Source of the DNA: Ilumatobacteraceae bacterium
GTDB lineage: Bacteria > Actinomycetota > Acidimicrobiia > Acidimicrobiales > Ilumatobacteraceae
Length of the DNA: 42,306 nucleotides
NCBI GenBank assembly: GCA_049593815.1
Contig: JBAWHL010000531.1
Location: 1-42,306, forward strand
Direction of reading: 5' to 3'
Below are positions 35,285-42,306 of the stretch, in pieces. The translations under genes and the position numbers were made by a program. Each line of letters opens with the position of its first letter. The first letter of the stretch is position 1. The notes under the pieces were generated by a model. The model had not been told where the DNA came from, did not search any database, and was given only the letters and a program-made list of their open reading frames with translations.

Positions 35285-36586
35285 ATGACCGAGGACATCC
35301 CCGAGCAGGACGCGGCACGGCTGCAGGCCGACCGACGGGCACTTCGTTCGGTTGCCGTGCAGTTCTTCGCCAACGGGACCGTGTACGCCACGGTGATCCC
35401 GCGGTTGCCCGACATCCGCGAACGCGTGGACATCTCGATCGGAGCGCTGGGGTTGGTCCTGACGATTGGGAGCATCGCCGGGCTCGTCGGGTCCCTGCTG
35501 ACCGCCCGGGTCATCGCCAGCGTCGGCAGTCGACGGGTGATGATCTACGGCGCGGTGCTGTCGATCGGTGCGCTGCCGATCATCGGCTTCGCCACGTCGC
35601 CGGTGGTCCTCGCAGCGGCCCTGATGCTGCTGTTGTTCTTCGACATCTTCATCGACGTCGCCATGAACGTGCAGGGCTCTGCGCTCAGCGCCCGCCGGCA
35701 CACCCCGGTGATGAACCGCCTGCACGGCCTCTGGAGTCTCGGCTCGGTCGCCGGGGGAGTGCTCACCGTCGTCCTGCTCCGGGCGGACGTGAGCACCCCG
35801 GTCCACCTCACGGTGGTGGCCTGCCTGCTGATCGGCGTGCTGATGTTCGTGGCCCCGGGCCTGCTGCACCGCGACGAGACGCCCGAGTTGACCGATGCGG
35901 TCGCTGCGCTCGGTTCGGAGCCCACTGGCGGGACCCTCGTGGCCGGGACCCTGACGGACGAGGGCCCGATGGGACGCGTCCCGGCGGGTGGCGCCGAGAC
36001 GCCCGTCGCTGGCCGGGGGCGCACGCGGTTCGGCGTCGTCCCGATGCTGTTGGCCATCGGTGGTGCGACCGCCATGACGATCGAGATCACCAACGGTGAC
36101 TGGGCGTCGTTCCGGCTCGGCGACGACCTCGCCGCGCGGCCGGGGATCGCTGGCCTCGGGTTCCTCACGTTCACGACCGGTATGACCATCGGTCGCCTCG
36201 GGGGCGACTGGGTGCAGGTGCGCGTGGGCACCAACAACCTGTTCAAGCTGTCCGCACTGATCGCCGGGATGGGCTCGGCGCTGGCGATGCTCGTCCCGAA
36301 CGTCGGGGTCTCCGTCGTCGGCTTCCTCATCGCCGGACTGGGAACGTCGATCCTGTTTCCCCAGCTCTACGATCGCGCCGCTCGTGCACCGGGGCCGCCG
36401 GGATCCGGGTTCGCCTCGATGCTCATCGGGCAACGCGGCGCCGGTGTCCTGGCGCCGCTGATCGTCGGAGCGCTGGCCGACACGACCGCGTTCAGCGTCG
36501 GCCAGGCGATGGCGGTCGTCGTCCTGCCCTCCGCCGTGATCGTCTACCTGACCACCCTCGTCCGCCAACCCGCTCGTCGACGGTGA
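35285..36586 (+). CDS. MFS transporter
   Basis: In-frame ATG 35285 within ORF 35225..36586. About 12 TM segments in a 6+6 layout with a long central loop. Confidence 0.78.
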   Translation: MTEDIPEQDAARLQADRRALRSVAVQFFANGTVYATVIPRLPDIRERVDISIGALGLVLTIGSIAGLVGSLLTARVIASVGSRRVMIYGAVLSIGALPIIGFATSPVVLAAALMLLLFFDIFIDVAMNVQGSALSARRHTPVMNRLHGLWSLGSVAGGVLTVVLLRADVSTPVHLTVVACLLIGVLMFVAPGLLHRDETPELTDAVAALGSEPTGGTLVAGTLTDEGPMGRVPAGGAETPVAGRGRTRFGVVPMLLAIGGATAMTIEITNGDWASFRLGDDLAARPGIAGLGFLTFTTGMTIGRLGGDWVQVRVGTNNLFKLSALIAGMGSALAMLVPNVGVSVVGFLIAGLGTSILFPQLYDRAARAPGPPGSGFASMLIGQRGAGVLAPLIVGALADTTAFSVGQAMAVVVLPSAVIVYLTTLVRQPARRR

Positions 36587-37282
36587 TCAGAGCGGAGTGA
36601 CGACGAGGTCGAACCGGTCGTCGCTCCAGGTGTCGAGGGCCGTGAGGCCGTCGGTGAGGATCGCCCGTGCCAGTGCCCCCTTCGCCGCCTTCGCGAAGTG
36701 GCCCCCGGGCTTGCCGGTCGGGTCCACCAGGTTGACGGACACGCCCTCGACGCTGTTCCCGCTGCCCGTTCCGAAGGACACCGCGGCACGGTGTTCCTGA
36801 GGGAGCAGATCCACCAGCACCCGCCGTCGGGCCGCATGCGCGAGCGTTGCGGTCACGTCGTCGCGCCACCATGTCGAGAGCTTCCCCGTGGACGGCAGCG
36901 ACGCGCCCATCTTGAGGCGGTAGTCGGGGACGGGATCATCCCCGCGGACGAGCCCGAGGAGGCCGGAGACCACCACGATCTGCTTCATCACGGCGGCCGG
37001 CAGCGTCGCTGGGTCGAGATGGTCCCAGACCACGCCGGTGTAGCGCTCCCACGCCGGCAGTGTCAGGGCTCCGTCGAGGTTCGCGTTGGCGGAACGGGCC
37101 CGGTCGAGGTGGTCTCCCTTCACGCCGAGCAGCTTGGCGTCGCCCCCGCCGAGATCGGCGAGCGCGGCCGCGACGAACGCCCGGCGCTCGCCCAGCGCGG
37201 CGCCGAACGCCCCCGCTCCCGGCGACCACCGTGCCCTGCGGGCGTTTCCGCCGATCGCCTTGCCCTCCGAGGGCGGCAACAA
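36587..37282 (-). CDS. yaaA: Peroxide stress protein YaaA (DUF328/UPF0246)
   Basis: C-terminal ~231 aa of ORF 36587..37660 (-). LLLPPSEGK, AWERYTGVVW and PDYRLKMG are YaaA signatures. The start is uncertain (TTG 37282 or ATT 37288). Confidence 0.72.
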   Translation of the reverse strand: MLPPSEGKAIGGNARRARWSPGAGAFGAALGERRAFVAAALADLGGGDAKLLGVKGDHLDRARSANANLDGALTLPAWERYTGVVWDHLDPATLPAAVMKQIVVVSGLLGLVRGDDPVPDYRLKMGASLPSTGKLSTWWRDDVTATLAHAARRRVLVDLLPQEHRAAVSFGTGSGNSVEGVSVNLVDPTGKPGGHFAKAAKGALARAILTDGLTALDTWSDDRFDLVVTPL

Positions 37283-37344
37283 GAGAATTGGAACACTGTG
37301 AGAAAAAGTTGCTCGGGGGCTCGCCACAGCACCACTCTGGCCTC

Positions 37345-37350
37345 TACAGT
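37345..37350 (+). promoter_or_regulatory. Candidate -10 hexamer TACAGT, 7 nt upstream of the ferredoxin ATG (leaderless transcript?)
   Basis: A TANNNT-type hexamer read directly from the sequence. It sits at the edge of the only clearly AT-richer patch in the window (37281-37320). There is no Shine-Dalgarno before ATG 37358. Confidence 0.25.
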
Positions 37351-37357
37351 CCAGATC

Positions 37358-37558
37358 ATGCGAGTACACCTCGATGCAGAGAAGTGCCAGGGCCACAACC
37401 GTTGTTACGCGTTGGCGCCGGAGTTGTTCGACGTCGACGACTACGGCCAGGCCGTGCTGCTCGTCGAGGGCGACGTGCCCGCCGAGCTGCAGGACAAGGC
37501 GCGGCTCGCCGCCGCGAACTGCCCCGAGTACGCGATCACCATCACGGAGAACGGATGA
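37358..37558 (+). CDS. 3Fe-4S-type ferredoxin (P450 redox partner)
   Basis: 66 aa: MRVHLDAEKCQGHNRCYALAPELF...ANCPEYAI (CxxHxxC...CP pattern). It lies directly upstream of the P450 gene. Confidence 0.85.
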   Translation: MRVHLDAEKCQGHNRCYALAPELFDVDDYGQAVLLVEGDVPAELQDKARLAAANCPEYAITITENG

Positions 37559-37559
37559 C

Positions 37560-38957
37560 ATGACCGACATCGTCGAGAACGACACGATCCAGGGCGACAC
37601 CGACGACGCGCAGGTCCAGACCACGCGCATCGATGAAGCGACCGGCAACAAGATCATCACGGTCGAACGCGACGGCGAGAGCTACGACGTCGTCATCGGC
37701 AGTGGCCCCGAAGGCACCGACATCTGGCAGCGCGTCCCGTACGACGCCGCCGACTACGGCCCGGTGTCCGACTTCGCCGCCGACTTCGATCACGCGGATC
37801 CCGCCTACAACCCCAACGCCCCCGAGGTGTGGAAGGAACTGCGCGAGTCGGGCTGCCCGGTCGCGCACTCCGAGCGCTACGGCGGCATGTGGGCGCCATT
37901 GACGCACGACACCGTCCACGAGGTCGCCTACGACACCGACAACTTCACCAGTCGCAGCGTGATCGTCAGCGTCGGCCGCCCCGGCGATCTCGCGATCCCG
38001 GCACCGATCGGTGGCGCCCCGCCGATCACCAGCGACCCACCGTTCCACAACATCGCTCGGCGCCTGCTGCTGCCGCCGTTCGCGCCGAAGAAGATCGAGC
38101 CGTGGGAGCCCGAGGTCAAGCGGCTCTGCAACGACCTGCTCGATCGCATGGGTGACATCACCCCTGGCGAGACCGTCGTCGACGCAGCCATCCAGTACGC
38201 GCAGAACATTCCGGTCAACGTGATCGCCCGCATGCTCGGTTTCCCCGAGAAGGACGAGGCGCTGTTCCGCAAGTTCGTGCACGACGCGCTGGAGACGATC
38301 AACGAGGAGCCGGGGACACGCGGCGGCCTCGACGAGCTCGGTGCCTACATCGATCGCCAGGTCAAGGAGCACCGCGAGAACCCTCGCGACGACCTCACGA
38401 GCTACCTGTGCGATGTCGAACTCGAGGGCAACAAGCTGTCCGACGATCACGTCGCCGGTTCGATCATCCTGTTGCTCATCGCCGGCATCGACACCACCTG
38501 GTCGGCGATCGGTTCGTCGATCTGGCACCTGGCGCAGCATCCCGAAGATCATCAGCGTCTGCTCGACGATCCCGAGATCATGACCTTCGCGCTGGAGGAG
38601 TTCCTCCGCTCGTATGCGCCGGTCACCATGGCTCGTCTCGTCGCCAAGGACAACGACTTCCACGGTTGTCCGATGAAGAAGGACGATTGGGCGCTCCTGC
38701 CCGTCCCGGCCGCCAACCGCGACCCGAAGAAGTTCGAGGACCCCGACACCTTCATCGTCGACCGCGAGGAGAACCGCCACGCGGCGTTCGGTCTCGGCAT
38801 TCACCGATGCCTCGGATCGAACCTGGCCCGACTCGAGCTGAAGGTTGCCATCGAAGAGTTCATCAAGCGCTTCCCGCGCTTCGAACTCGCCGGTGACGTC
38901 CGCTGGAGCGTCGGGCAGATCCGTGGACCGCGCGAGCTGCCGGTCCGCATCCTCTAA
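37560..38957 (+). CDS. Cytochrome P450
   Basis: In-frame ATG 37560 within ORF 37374..38957. I-helix AGIDTT, EEFLR (ExxR), and the heme loop FGLGIHRCLGSNLA. Confidence 0.9.
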   Translation: MTDIVENDTIQGDTDDAQVQTTRIDEATGNKIITVERDGESYDVVIGSGPEGTDIWQRVPYDAADYGPVSDFAADFDHADPAYNPNAPEVWKELRESGCPVAHSERYGGMWAPLTHDTVHEVAYDTDNFTSRSVIVSVGRPGDLAIPAPIGGAPPITSDPPFHNIARRLLLPPFAPKKIEPWEPEVKRLCNDLLDRMGDITPGETVVDAAIQYAQNIPVNVIARMLGFPEKDEALFRKFVHDALETINEEPGTRGGLDELGAYIDRQVKEHRENPRDDLTSYLCDVELEGNKLSDDHVAGSIILLLIAGIDTTWSAIGSSIWHLAQHPEDHQRLLDDPEIMTFALEEFLRSYAPVTMARLVAKDNDFHGCPMKKDDWALLPVPAANRDPKKFEDPDTFIVDREENRHAAFGLGIHRCLGSNLARLELKVAIEEFIKRFPRFELAGDVRWSVGQIRGPRELPVRIL

Positions 38958-38994
38958 GTCGCCGACTGAGCGCGACACCGCAACGTCGATCGAC

Positions 38995-39033
38995 GGCCAT
39001 CACGTCGGGGGTCAGACCCCGAACGTGATGGCC
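38995..39033. repeat. Palindromic intergenic element, core GGGGGTCAGACCCC with CATCACGT/ACGTGATG arms
   Basis: GGCCATCACGTCGGGGGTC-A-GACCCCGAACGTGATGGCC; 17 of 19 arm positions pair. It lies between the convergent P450 and crcB stops. Confidence 0.85.
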
Positions 39034-39059
39034 GTGGTCGTTTTCGGGGTGTTCTCAGC

Positions 39060-39149
39060 CCGGTCTCCTGCAGCGCTACGTCGTACAGCGCTGTGTCCTG
39101 CAGTCCGGTCTCCTGCAGCGCTCTGCGTCGTGCAGCGCGGTGTCGTCAG
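39060..39149. repeat. Imperfect ~45-bp direct repeat x2 (each starts CCGGTCTCCTGCAGCGCT)
   Basis: An identical 18-mer occurs at 39060 and 39105. The remainder of each unit is similar, with internal AGCGCT-centred inverted repeats. The second unit runs into the crcB stop (39146). Confidence 0.8.
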
Positions 39150-39478
39150 AGGAGTGTGCTGCCCACCGCCGCTGCGCCGCATGCGCAGGCGACGGAGGCG
39201 ACCGCGTAGAGCGAGCCCCAGCGCCATCCAGCGCTCGCTGCGAGGTTGCGGACCTCGAGCGCGAACGACGAGAACGTCGTCAGGGAGCCGCAGAATGCAA
39301 CGCCGAGCACCGTCGTGGCGGGCGCCGAGAGATCGGAGGCGACGACGATCCCGAGCAGGCCGGCGCCGATCGAATTGACCCACATCAACGCCACCCACGA
39401 GCAGGCGAACTGTCCTGCCAGGTGCCGGGCGACCGCACCGAATCCGGCGGCCACGACGAAGCAGAGCGCGGTGATCAT
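39146..39478 (-). CDS. crcB: Fluoride channel CrcB/Fluc (second of a pair)
   Basis: C-terminal 110 aa of ORF 39146..40864 (-), from ATG 39478. WVNSIGAGLLG and FCGSLTTFSSF. Its ATG overlaps the upstream crcB stop (ATGA). Confidence 0.88.
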   Translation of the reverse strand: MITALCFVVAAGFGAVARHLAGQFACSWVALMWVNSIGAGLLGIVVASDLSAPATTVLGVAFCGSLTTFSSFALEVRNLAASAGWRWGSLYAVASVACACGAAAVGSTLL

Positions 39479-39912
39479 GCCGACTCCGCCGCGGCCGGAC
39501 CGAGCGGGACGCCATGCGCGACGAGCGTGGCGCCGATGCCCGCGAGCAACGTGACGGCGCCGTAGCCGATGGCCAGGGCCATGCGGTCGGCGTCGGCGAG
39601 GTCGTTGATGCTCATCGCGAACGCCGAGAACGTGGTGAACCCGCCGAGCACCCCGGTCACGGTGAACGCCCAGCCCATCGTGTCGCGCTCCATGCGACGT
39701 GCCACGATGCCGATCAGGAACGCACCCACGACGTTCACGATCAGGGTGGCCCATCCCCAGGCGACAGCCCCCTGCGGCGTGGACACGGCATCGAACATCG
39801 CGCCGACCGCCCAGCGGCCACTCGCTCCGAGTGCTCCACCCAGGGCGACGACGCACAGCACCAGCGGCGACGTCGGCGCCCCCCGATCGAACATCTGCAG
39901 GCCCGCCGACAT
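39475..39912 (-). CDS. crcB: Fluoride channel CrcB/Fluc (first of a pair)
   Basis: ORF 39475..40029 (-). LIVNVVGAFLIG and GVLGGFTTFSAF. The likely start is ATG 39912 or 39894. Confidence 0.85.
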   Translation of the reverse strand: MSAGLQMFDRGAPTSPLVLCVVALGGALGASGRWAVGAMFDAVSTPQGAVAWGWATLIVNVVGAFLIGIVARRMERDTMGWAFTVTGVLGGFTTFSAFAMSINDLADADRMALAIGYGAVTLLAGIGATLVAHGVPLGPAAAESA

Positions 39913-40066
39913 GTCGCCGGAGACGTGGTGGCCGGACCCGGTCCTGTCGGCGCCGTCCTCCGGGGAGGGCGTTCGAGGTTGGTCCACCCCCTGTTCGTAG
40001 CAAACGTGGGGCACTCGCAGGTGGTTCACACCGGTTTCTCACCGCGGACCGAGCAGACTGGTCGCC

Positions 40067-40777
40067 GTGACCGAGATCGAGACTGCGCGCATCCTGATTG
40101 CGGAAGACGACCGCGCCGTGCGTGAATCGCTGGTGCGGGCACTGCAACTGGAGGGCTACACGGTGGTCGCCGCCAACAACGGTGCGGACGCCCTGGAGGC
40201 AGTCCGCGAGGCGCAGCCCGACGTCCTGCTGCTCGACGTGTCGATGCCCGTGGTCGACGGGCTCACCGTCTGCCGAGTGCTGCGCTCGGAGGAGAACCGG
40301 CTCCCGGTGCTCATGTTGACGGCGCGGACCGAGACCAGCGACCGTGTGGCCGGGCTCGACGCCGGCGCCGATGACTACCTCCCCAAGCCCTACGACCTCG
40401 AGGAGTTGTTGGCCCGCGTCCGGGCGCTGCTGCGTCGTTCCGGGTACGGCACGAGCGGGGCGGAGCATTCGTCCGACGAACTCGTGCTCGGCGATCTGCG
40501 CATCGACCCGTCCGGCCGGCGAGTCTTCCGGGGCGAACGCGAGGTCCTGCTCTCGAAGACGGAGTTCGATCTGCTGGAGCTTCTCGTGATGAATCGTGGC
40601 ATCGTGCTCGACCACTCCACGATCTACGAGCGCATCTGGCACTACGACTTCGGCCCCGACTCGAAGAACCTCGCCGTCTACATCGGCTATCTGCGGCGCA
40701 AGACCGAGGCAGAGGGCGAGTCGCGCATCGTGCACACGGTGCGTGGCGTGGGGTACACCGCTCGAATCGACGACTGA
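40067..40777 (+). CDS. OmpR/PhoB-family response regulator
   Basis: 236 aa with a GTG start. Receiver domain (ILIAEDD, LLLDVSMP, YLPKP) plus winged helix (VHTVRGVGYTAR). Confidence 0.93.
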   Translation: MTEIETARILIAEDDRAVRESLVRALQLEGYTVVAANNGADALEAVREAQPDVLLLDVSMPVVDGLTVCRVLRSEENRLPVLMLTARTETSDRVAGLDAGADDYLPKPYDLEELLARVRALLRRSGYGTSGAEHSSDELVLGDLRIDPSGRRVFRGEREVLLSKTEFDLLELLVMNRGIVLDHSTIYERIWHYDFGPDSKNLAVYIGYLRRKTEAEGESRIVHTVRGVGYTARIDD

Positions 40778-40790
40778 TGAGGAGGCACTG

Positions 40791-42218
40791 ATGGGCCTTC
40801 GCTGGAAGATCGCACTGTCGCTCGCTGCGGTCGCGCTGACGGCGACGATGGCGGTCGGACTCATCAGCTATCGCACGACGAGCGCCCGACTGGTGGACGA
40901 GGTCGACCGGTCGATCACCGAGGCGTCATCGCAGATGCTCGGGCGGACGGTCGCCGAACGAGTGCAGATTCCCAGTCGCAGCCTGCTCGAGGTCTATTCC
41001 GTGCGCGTGCTCGCCGCTGACGGAACGGTCGTTGCCACCTCGTTTCCCAACGACGTCGACGTGAAGGTCGACGATGCGGCCGCCGCCGTGGTCGGGCACT
41101 CCGGATCGAGTACCCGGGCGACACTGCACGTCGACGGCGACGACGTTCGCGTGCACACGTTCGGGCTTCCGAACGGCGCGGTGCAGATCTCGCGCTCGTT
41201 GAGCGAAGTCGACAGCGTCCTCGACGATCTCCGCAAGCGCACGATGGTGCTCGTGGTGGCCGTGTCGGCAGCCGCGGCAGCTCTCGGGTGGTTGATCGCG
41301 GGCACGGTTGCAGCTCCCGTCAGCAGGCTGACCAAGGCGGCCGAGGAGGTCGGGTCGTCGGGCAGCTTCGACGTCGATGTTCCCGGTTCGGGGACCGACG
41401 AGGTCGGTCGACTCGGCGCAGCCTTCCGCAACATGCTCGGCGCGCTCGCACTCTCACGAGCCGAGCAGCAACGGCTCGTGCAGGACGCGGGACACGAGCT
41501 GAGGACACCGCTGACCAGCCTCAAGACCAACCTGTCGGTTCTGCGTCGTCACCCGGAGATGAACCGCGAGATACGCGACGGCGTGCTCGACGACCTGGAC
41601 AGCGAGATCACCGAGCTGACCGAGTTGGTGAACGAACTCGTGGCCGTCGCCTCGGGTGAGCTCGACGAGCAGCCCGACGAGCAGATCGATCTGGCCGTGC
41701 TGGCCACCGATGTCGCGGAGCGAGTCGGCCGGCGCCGTTCGCGGACGATCGCGGTCGACGTTCGGTCTGCCGGGGTCGTGTCGGCGCCGCCGGCGATGTT
41801 GGAGCGGGCGATCACCAACCTGGTGGACAACGCATGCAAGTTCGACCAGAGCGGGGCCGACATCGAGGTCGTCGTGGATGCCGGGACCCTCACCGTGCTC
41901 GATCGAGGTCCGGGTGTCCCTGCAGGCGAGTCGGAGCGGATCTTCGATCGGTTCCACCGGTCCGAGGCAGCTCGATCGATGCCTGGCTCCGGACTCGGAC
42001 TGTCGATCGTTCGCGACGTCGTGACCAGAGCGGGCGGAGCGACGTCGGCAGGTCCACGTGACGGTGGTGGCTCGGCGATCGGCTTCACACTGCCGGTGAC
42101 GTCGGCCTCGACGTCGACGTCCGCGCCGACTGGAGCGTCCGCAGGGCGCTCTCCGTTGCCACCAGCGCCGCTGCCGCCGCCGTCGCCGAGTGCGCCGCCG
42201 TCGCCGCCATCGGCGTGA
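40791..42218 (+). CDS. Sensor histidine kinase (TM-sensor-TM-HAMP-HisKA-HATPase)
   Basis: In-frame ATG 40791 preceded by GAGGAGG (40779-40785). H-box AGHELRTPLTSL, N-box NLVDNACKF, G-boxes DRGPGV and GSGLGLSIV, and a Pro/Ser-rich tail. Confidence 0.9.
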   Translation: MGLRWKIALSLAAVALTATMAVGLISYRTTSARLVDEVDRSITEASSQMLGRTVAERVQIPSRSLLEVYSVRVLAADGTVVATSFPNDVDVKVDDAAAAVVGHSGSSTRATLHVDGDDVRVHTFGLPNGAVQISRSLSEVDSVLDDLRKRTMVLVVAVSAAAAALGWLIAGTVAAPVSRLTKAAEEVGSSGSFDVDVPGSGTDEVGRLGAAFRNMLGALALSRAEQQRLVQDAGHELRTPLTSLKTNLSVLRRHPEMNREIRDGVLDDLDSEITELTELVNELVAVASGELDEQPDEQIDLAVLATDVAERVGRRRSRTIAVDVRSAGVVSAPPAMLERAITNLVDNACKFDQSGADIEVVVDAGTLTVLDRGPGVPAGESERIFDRFHRSEAARSMPGSGLGLSIVRDVVTRAGGATSAGPRDGGGSAIGFTLPVTSASTSTSAPTGASAGRSPLPPAPLPPPSPSAPPSPPSA

Positions 42219-42306
42219 CACCGGCTCTTGCCGATTTCCTCACCGTCGTCTTACCGGACTCGTGTTGTGTCCTCACGAAGGTCGACGAATCTCGCGGTCG
42301 AAGCAC

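Noticed and set aside
34748-36568. 606-aa minus-strand ORF across the methyltransferase/MFS region. Similar cases: 37542..38978 (-), 28211..29275 (+), 29363..30847 (+), 19135..20457 (+), 20172..21377 (+), 21196..22716 (-), 22621..24201 (+), 26318..27484 (-), 31096..32922 (-).
   Set aside because: All are antisense to, or out of frame with, genes that have clear family motifs. Their translations are Arg/Gly/Pro/Asp-rich with no motifs, which marks them as high-GC shadow ORFs.
33918-36586. Restriction-modification or other defence system around the methyltransferase.
   Set aside because: There is no nuclease, specificity subunit, ATPase or helicase ORF adjacent. The neighbours are an SDR and an MFS transporter, so it is treated as an orphan MTase instead.
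39913-40066. Possible fluoride riboswitch (crcB motif RNA) upstream of the crcB pair.
   Set aside because: Reading the minus strand, I could not find the conserved elements I recall for this class (the GGCGAUGG-type 5' stem and the CUGAUGA-containing 3' segment). Only a covariance-model scan can exclude it.
39913-40864. Upstream part of the 572-aa ORF 39146..40864 (-).
   Set aside because: Only the last 110 aa are CrcB-like. The rest is antisense to the response regulator and overlaps the other crcB gene in another frame.
42085-42306. 73-aa ORF on the minus strand at the right edge.
   Set aside because: It overlaps the histidine kinase 3' end, has no recognisable features, and is truncated by the window.

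Overview
High-GC, actinobacterial-type chromosomal segment. It is densely coding, with about 38 CDS. I saw no rRNA, tRNA, CRISPR array, transposase or integrase. All calls come from reading the supplied translations and the DNA by eye; no searches were run.

Gene content, left to right:
- A partial luciferase-like oxidoreductase, then dinB.
- A minus-strand polyamine ABC importer (potA-potD-potB-potC) with a translationally coupled GGCT-like gene, facing a PatD-type aminobutyraldehyde dehydrogenase.
- A CPA1 antiporter with an RCK tail, an alpha/beta-hydrolase-OsmC fusion, a thioesterase, a YihY/BrkB protein and ung.
- An ACC-deaminase-family PLP enzyme next to a 2OG/Fe(II) oxygenase.
- A secreted SLT plus LytM-like wall protein, a ROK kinase, an alanine-racemase-like gene coupled to a DUF418 gene, and a DUF4395 gene.
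- A long minus-strand block: OYE/FadH-type flavoenzyme, GH3 beta-glucosidase, DedA, EtfA, FixC, FixX, EtfB, MftE, MftF.
- An SDR, a SPPY DNA methyltransferase with an unassigned C-terminal domain, an MFS transporter and yaaA.
- A ferredoxin-P450 pair, two crcB genes, and an OmpR-type two-component system.

Most unusual observations:
1. The two late mycofactocin genes (creatininase-type mftE and GT2 mftF) sit at the 3' end of an ETF/FixCX electron-transfer operon. No mftB/C/D is in the window. An OYE/FadH-type oxidoreductase and a GH3 glucosidase lie directly upstream.
2. Two gene junctions (potB/potC and fixX/etfB) carry short tandem repeats of 14 bp and 17 bp. Each unit re-creates an ATGA stop-start overlap, producing chains of 5-6 codon mini-ORFs that end exactly on the downstream start codon.
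3. A family of palindromic intergenic elements is built on the core GGGGTC(A/T)GACCCC.
4. An in-frame 12-bp x6 repeat encodes (DIHQ)n inside MftF.

Short tandem duplications of 6, 12, 14, 17, 18 and 45 bp recur throughout the window.
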